Below are positions 38,372 through 42,051 of a stretch of 42,051 bases of DNA, one piece after another. Position 1 is the first letter of the stretch. Each line of letters opens with the position of its first letter. The position numbers were made by a program, and so were the translations under genes. The notes below the pieces were generated by a model. It saw nothing but the letters and a program-made list of their open reading frames with translations, did not search any database and was not told the origin of the DNA. Origin of the DNA: Candidatus Methanosuratincola thermotaenarum (lineage in GTDB: Archaea > Thermoproteota > Methanomethylicia > Methanomethylicales > Methanomethylicaceae). Where the stretch lies: positions 1-42,051 of the forward strand of contig JAULTB010000003.1 of the NCBI GenBank assembly GCA_038801655.1. Direction: 5' to 3'.

Positions 38372-38455
38372 GTCCCTCCGCTGGAATTGCCCAGATCAGG
38401 TTCAAAGGGTCGGCGACGGATCAAGTCACCCTCTCAGCCCCTTTCCAGGAGCTCC
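38372..38455 (-). promoter_or_regulatory. TPP (THI-box) riboswitch aptamer
   Basis: The minus strand reads CUCCUGGAAAGGGGCUGAGAGGGUGACUUGAUCCGUCGCCGACCCUUUGAACCUGAUCUGGGCAAUUCCAGCGGAGGGA. It carries the invariant CUGAGA, ACCC...GAACCUGAUCUGG.(U)AAU.CCAGCG and closing GGGA elements. A TATA-like CTTATAAA sits about 30 nt upstream (38483-38490). Confidence 0.85.
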
Positions 38456-38746
38456 CCCTTTGCACTCCAACTTTCCTGTAAGTTTATAAGTATTCCTATT
38501 ACCTGTTTATAGGGATGGCAAACATTTTTTATTTTAATAGTCAAAACATTTAAACTAGATAATAAAAATTTAAAATTTAGGATTTTTTACCATAATTATA
38601 ATAAGGATTAATAATATTTAATATTATATGGCTTTTCTTATCTTGTTTAAGTTAGTGCTAACCAAATCAGCGAATATTAAAAATTTTTATAAAAATAAAA
38701 GTTATCTATATTTTAAAAAATAATACGAAAAAATTAATTTAAATTG

Positions 38747-38946
38747 GACGGTTTTAGCCCACCATCAAATCGCGTTCCCTGAGCGGAAGCCAATGTTTTA
38801 AGTGTCTCAGGGGGCGATAAGCGCACTGGGCTTTAGCGGTTGGGCAGGGATGAGTGAGAGGTCTATGCGACACGAAATATCCTTGCAGTTTCTGATGTTT
38901 GAGGGGGAATTAAATTTGAAGAATCGTCGCCCGGGGCCGCCGTTTT
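38747..38946 (+). ncRNA. Candidate structured ncRNA (G+C-rich island in an A+T-rich spacer); family not recognised
   Basis: Nested helices: 38756-61/38827-32 encloses 38774-83/38806-15 (10 bp, 2 G-U). 38836-45/38929-40 (10 bp, 2-nt bulge, 2 G-U) encloses 38846-51/38879-84. A TATA-like TTTTAAAAAA lies about 30 nt upstream and a T5 run at 38943-47. The G-U pairs work only on the plus strand. Confidence 0.3.
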
Positions 38947-38949
38947 TAT

Positions 38950-38980
38950 CATTTCCCAATCTAGGTGAGAATGGGAAATG
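38950..38980 (+). terminator. Perfect 9-bp hairpin followed by T-rich tract
   Basis: CATTTCCCA (38950-58) pairs with TGGGAAATG (38972-80) around a 13-nt loop. TTTTTCCTTTTATTTT follows within 30 nt. Confidence 0.25.
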
Positions 38981-39341
38981 GTGCAAAGGCGGGATCTGCT
39001 GAAATTTTTCCTTTTATTTTCTTATTATGGAAATTTTGGGAAATAAGAATTTTCGCGGGGGTTCTGAGGATTTAGGGGCGGCCTACAGGATCCCAAAAAC
39101 ATTTTTATTAAAAAATGATTAATATTTTAAATGAAAAAAATGCATTGGTATTCAGATTATTTTTTAATTTGCATTTTTATTTTCCAAAACGCTCCGCCCC
39201 CATTTTTGTAAATTAGTTTACTATGAACGCTAGAATCTAGATGCAAGTGAAAGAACTCTTGGTATCAGATATCTTGAGAGATTTGCTAAAAAACCATAAA
39301 TTATTATATAACAAAAGCTACCATTAACACAGGCGAGTGCT

Positions 39342-40145
39342 ATGGTCTTGACTTTCCAGGAGCTGCTTGGCGGATCGCGTGCAACCAAGGTCAACGCTAC
39401 GCTCCCCTGGCAAGTCGCGTTCTATGGGCCTGGGCCGCCGCCCGTCGTGGCGGACGTGCTCACCAGCGCCCGGAGGGGGGCTTTTTACGAGGAGATTGTA
39501 AAGCTATCGGACATACGGCAGAGGCACGATGCCAGGGCCATACTCGTATCCCCCAGGAGGCGGATCGGTGTGGACGATGCCCGGTTGGCAACCTCTTTCG
39601 GAATATATGTGGTCCTGGACGGCGACCAGGATGGCTTGAGCATGGCCTCAAAAGGGGCCGACGTGGGCGAGGTCAACTCTCGCTTTGTTGAGGCAGCCCT
39701 GAAAAATAGGAGCAGGAGGGCGGCTTCGGATTGCAGGTCTGCCATAATCGAACTTCTCCGGGAAAAGTGGCTCACCCTTGGGGAGCTGGTCTCAAGTCTC
39801 CGCCTTTCTTTCGATGCCAGGACGGTGACCGCCCAGCTCAGGTCCCTTGCGAGGGGCGGCGGCGTGCGTCTGCTGGCAAGGACTGTGGAGGGCGAGGGCG
39901 TTTACGGGCTTCCCGGCATCCAGTACCCCGTGAGGGGGGACCTGTCAAGGCCGTCTAGGCTCGCGTACCTGGAGAGGGCAGCGATCGAGATGCTTTCTGG
40001 CTCTGACCGGCCCCTGACTTCGTCTGAGATGAGCGAAAGGCTCAATGTGAGCCAGCACCAGGTGAGATCGCTTATGAGAAAGTTGGCTGGAGCGCGAAAG
40101 GCAGCAAGGGCTGGCGATGGATGGGTTTTTTCAGGGAAAAAGTAA
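39342..40145 (+). CDS. Orphan protein with an N-terminal alpha/beta domain (possibly PD-(D/E)xK-like) plus two winged-helix DNA-binding domains
   Basis: 267-aa G+C-rich ORF. A TATA-like TTATTATATA lies 32-41 nt upstream of the ATG, so the mRNA looks leaderless. wHTH-like segments are AIIELLREKWLTLGELVSSL...RSLARGGGVRLL and IEMLSGSDRPLTSSEMSERLNVSQHQVRSLMRKL. The N-terminus has FYGPGPPPVVADVL...YEEIVK...AILVS. Confidence 0.6.
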   Translation: MVLTFQELLGGSRATKVNATLPWQVAFYGPGPPPVVADVLTSARRGAFYEEIVKLSDIRQRHDARAILVSPRRRIGVDDARLATSFGIYVVLDGDQDGLSMASKGADVGEVNSRFVEAALKNRSRRAASDCRSAIIELLREKWLTLGELVSSLRLSFDARTVTAQLRSLARGGGVRLLARTVEGEGVYGLPGIQYPVRGDLSRPSRLAYLERAAIEMLSGSDRPLTSSEMSERLNVSQHQVRSLMRKLAGARKAARAGDGWVFSGKK

Positions 40146-40292
40146 CAAATTAATTTCGAAAATCGCCTAGATTAGGCAAAAATTGTTTATTTTTCAAAAT
40201 TGGATTTTCAAACAGCTTAAAGGCGAAAAAAATCCCAAGCCTTAAAAAATATCCTTACAGAAGGTAATAATTGAATATGTGTGTGCAAACTT

Positions 40293-41087
40293 ATGATGCC
40301 TGTCCATATCAACGACATTTACTATGAGCCAGAAAAACAATTTTGTGGACTGTACATAGCCTCAAAAATATCTATGCCTGAATTTGATCCTACTCTAGAA
40401 CTCCTTAGGATATTGAATGAAAATAAGGTTTGTTTCTTAAGCATATCTTCCCACAGAAGCGAAGACACCGTTCATAACTTCATAACTTTAGACCTTACAG
40501 ACGATCCTGAATTAAAAGAGTTGATTGTAAAACATATAAAAGAAAAATTTGGCAATCGGCTGGTATACTTCGAGTGCGCCGACTCCGGCGTCCCAGGGCT
40601 GATATACAACATGAACGGATACCCCGTGATCCTCAACTTATCGGGTCGCCCAATGCAGGTGGCTGCGATGACAACTTTGGGCTGGAAGAGCCTCGTGATG
40701 GGGATGATTAGGAGATACAAGGGCGACGCGATGCTGATGCTCTGGAACATGGGCAACGACTTCGGGGAGGCTCACGGGAGGACCCTTCTTGAGATGAAGG
40801 GGCTGAGCGACAGGCACCGGATCAGGATCGGGCTCGCGGTGCTCCAGGCGCTGGGCTGGGGGAATTTCGAGCTTGCAGAGTGCGACGAGTTCGGGAAAGT
40901 GGTGGTAATAAGGGCGAAAGAGAACTTCGAGGAGCTCATAACATGGGAGCTGCTCGACTACGAGAACCGCTTCCTCCTCGGGTTCTTTGTCGGGCTCGTG
41001 AGCAAGGTATTCGACAAGGCATGCAGGGGCACTGAAGTGAAGTGCATCAAGCTAGGAGACCCGTACTGCGAGTTCGTGATCAGGTGA
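40293..41087 (+). CDS. V4R (4-vinyl reductase) domain protein with an A+T-rich-encoded N-terminal extra domain
   Basis: The C-terminal 170 aa show the V4R pattern, ending GTEVKCIKLGDPYCEFVI. The N-terminal ~90 aa are encoded by visibly A/T-ending codons yet stay open, so they are coding. Confidence 0.8.
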   Translation: MMPVHINDIYYEPEKQFCGLYIASKISMPEFDPTLELLRILNENKVCFLSISSHRSEDTVHNFITLDLTDDPELKELIVKHIKEKFGNRLVYFECADSGVPGLIYNMNGYPVILNLSGRPMQVAAMTTLGWKSLVMGMIRRYKGDAMLMLWNMGNDFGEAHGRTLLEMKGLSDRHRIRIGLAVLQALGWGNFELAECDEFGKVVVIRAKENFEELITWELLDYENRFLLGFFVGLVSKVFDKACRGTEVKCIKLGDPYCEFVIR

Positions 41088-41969
41088 TCAAACAAGCGGC
41101 TCCGGACACGTGTCTGCCGAATACGGGATCTTCTCGACCTTGATAAGGAATTTCTGCCTGCTTGCCTTCACCTTCTCCAGGACTAGGCATTTTCCCCTCT
41201 CTGTTAGCGCGAAGACCGGGACAGCCGAACCAGCCTGAATCAGCGCCTTCCCCGCAGCCGCCTCCCTGATCCACTTGGATGCGCAACCCGACACCAAGTC
41301 CGCAACCTCGACCATCCTGAATGCATCCTCCTTACCGATCCCCGTCAAGTGGACTCCGAATATGAGCGCATCCGGGTGCTTTGCCCTTATCCTCTCGCCG
41401 TCTGCTGGGTCGGTTATAGTGACGGCAACATCCGAGCACCCCATCTGGTACGCAAGATCGGCCCCCTCGACTTGGTCGATCCTTGCGGTCTTTCGGTCCA
41501 GGACAGCCCCTCCTAGGGACTCTATCCTTTCGATGAGCCTTGGGATGGGCGAAGTCGAAACCAGCCCGGACATCCTCCCCCCTATCCCCTGGACCAGATC
41601 CGGGTTCGTAGCTATCACCGTCCCCGCTCCCTCGCAGACGATCACAGCCGCGCCAAAGATCTTCGCCCTGAGCCCTTGGCTTATCATTTCTGATGCGCCG
41701 AAGGTCACAAAGTCCTGCGATGACTCGAGCAGCCGGTCCCCAGTGCACATCCCATGCGATCTGATCCTGCCCTCAATGTTTTTGCGGACCTTCTCTGGGG
41801 TGATTATATCCACGGGGGTGGAGAACTTCTTCGCCAGCGGGCATTCCCTGATCATGGGCGGCCCGACCTCGATCACCAGCCCGCCCCTGACCACAACGCG
41901 GGACCTGCCTATCGCTTCAATCACGTGCTCGTCTTGATCGGGCATCTTTGCATCGAAAAGTTGATACAC
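41088..41969 (-). CDS. DUF2099 / methanogenesis-marker-8-like protein
   Basis: DEHVIEAIGRSRVVVRGGLVIEVGPP.I.ECPL, HGMCT.DR, AVIVCEGAGTVIATNPDLVQGIGGRMSGLVSTSPIP match my recollection of the family. The start is M1 (41969) or M9 (41945). Confidence 0.7.
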   Translation of the reverse strand: MYQLFDAKMPDQDEHVIEAIGRSRVVVRGGLVIEVGPPMIRECPLAKKFSTPVDIITPEKVRKNIEGRIRSHGMCTGDRLLESSQDFVTFGASEMISQGLRAKIFGAAVIVCEGAGTVIATNPDLVQGIGGRMSGLVSTSPIPRLIERIESLGGAVLDRKTARIDQVEGADLAYQMGCSDVAVTITDPADGERIRAKHPDALIFGVHLTGIGKEDAFRMVEVADLVSGCASKWIREAAAGKALIQAGSAVPVFALTERGKCLVLEKVKASRQKFLIKVEKIPYSADTCPEPLV

Positions 41970-42051
41970 GCCTTCGGATAATATCTCTTTTGCCGATGAA
42001 GATAGTCATGCAAACCGATGGGAAAGATGAGGGCCCCTAGGGTATCTGAGG

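Noticed and set aside
38308-38424. N-terminal extension of the supplied ORF 37783..38424 (MIRRRPFEPDLGNSSGGTCC...)
   Set aside because: It is read through the TPP riboswitch aptamer. The conserved aptamer motifs explain the sequence better than coding. At most the part downstream of TTG 38364 could be translated.
38802-39002. 66-aa ORF inside the G+C-rich island
   Set aside because: Codon usage differs from neighbouring genes: all Phe are TTT, and CGA, CGT, TTA, CTA and TCA are used. It has a GTG start with no SD or TATA context, and the protein looks like no family I know. The region is better explained by nested RNA helices.
38745-39010. Known RNA identities for the island (tRNA, 5S rRNA, SRP RNA, RNase P RNA, C/D or H/ACA sRNA)
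   Set aside because: By eye I found none of the signature motifs. There is no GGTTCGAATCC-type T-loop, no CCGAAC...GUUAAGC of 5S rRNA, and no GGAA-capped helix 8 with AGCA of SRP RNA. There is also no GAGGAAAGUCC of RNase P RNA, no RUGAUGA/CUGA box pairs and no terminal ACA. A covariance-model search is still needed.
38713-39168. 12-bp inverted repeat TTAAAAAATAAT / ATTATTTTTTAA flanking the island as possible recombination sites
   Set aside because: It is composed only of A/T within about 600 nt of nearly pure A/T sequence. Matches of this length are expected by chance many times over.
39028-39205. Canonical archaeal ORB (origin recognition box) elements
   Set aside because: TGGAAA-type half-sites and G-strings are present. 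However, there is no TTCCA-N-TGGAAA dyad, and the order and spacing of half-site and G-string do not fit the ORB consensus as I recall it. No orc1/cdc6 gene is in the window. Kept only as a non-canonical hypothesis.

Overview
About 42 kb of an archaeal chromosome. Coding DNA is G+C-rich, spacers are A+T-rich, and TATA-like boxes sit about 25-40 nt upstream of many starts. Gene content suggests a Thermoplasmata-like euryarchaeon, but this is inference, not a database result. The supporting genes are FlaI/FlaJ-type pilus genes, a geranylgeranyl reductase, an Hjc-like resolvase, a PDCD5-like protein, a bacterial-type grpE-dnaK-dnaJ operon, a TPP riboswitch in front of thiW, and a methanogenesis-marker-8-like DUF2099 protein. 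I support about 46 protein genes, mostly housekeeping: chaperones, PLP enzymes, Fe-S oxidoreductases, a PiT/DUF47 phosphate pair, PaaK+ACT and a B12-radical SAM enzyme. I recognised no rRNA, tRNA, CRISPR array or transposase. The non-routine part is 36.0-40.6 kb. It holds two tandem catalytic-domain-only tyrosine recombinases (one with degenerate active-site residues) and a TPP-riboswitch-controlled thiW coupled to an uncharacterised P-loop NTPase. It also holds an 880-bp A+T-rich spacer carrying a roughly 200-nt G+C-rich island with nested, G-U-containing helices (candidate novel ncRNA) plus G-string and TGGGAAAT motifs. An orphan double winged-helix protein follows, then a V4R gene whose first ~265 nt are compositionally foreign. 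A second unexplained spacer (27.3-27.8 kb) carries a 15-bp x3 tandem repeat. Many long ORFs in the supplied track are antisense shadows of real genes.
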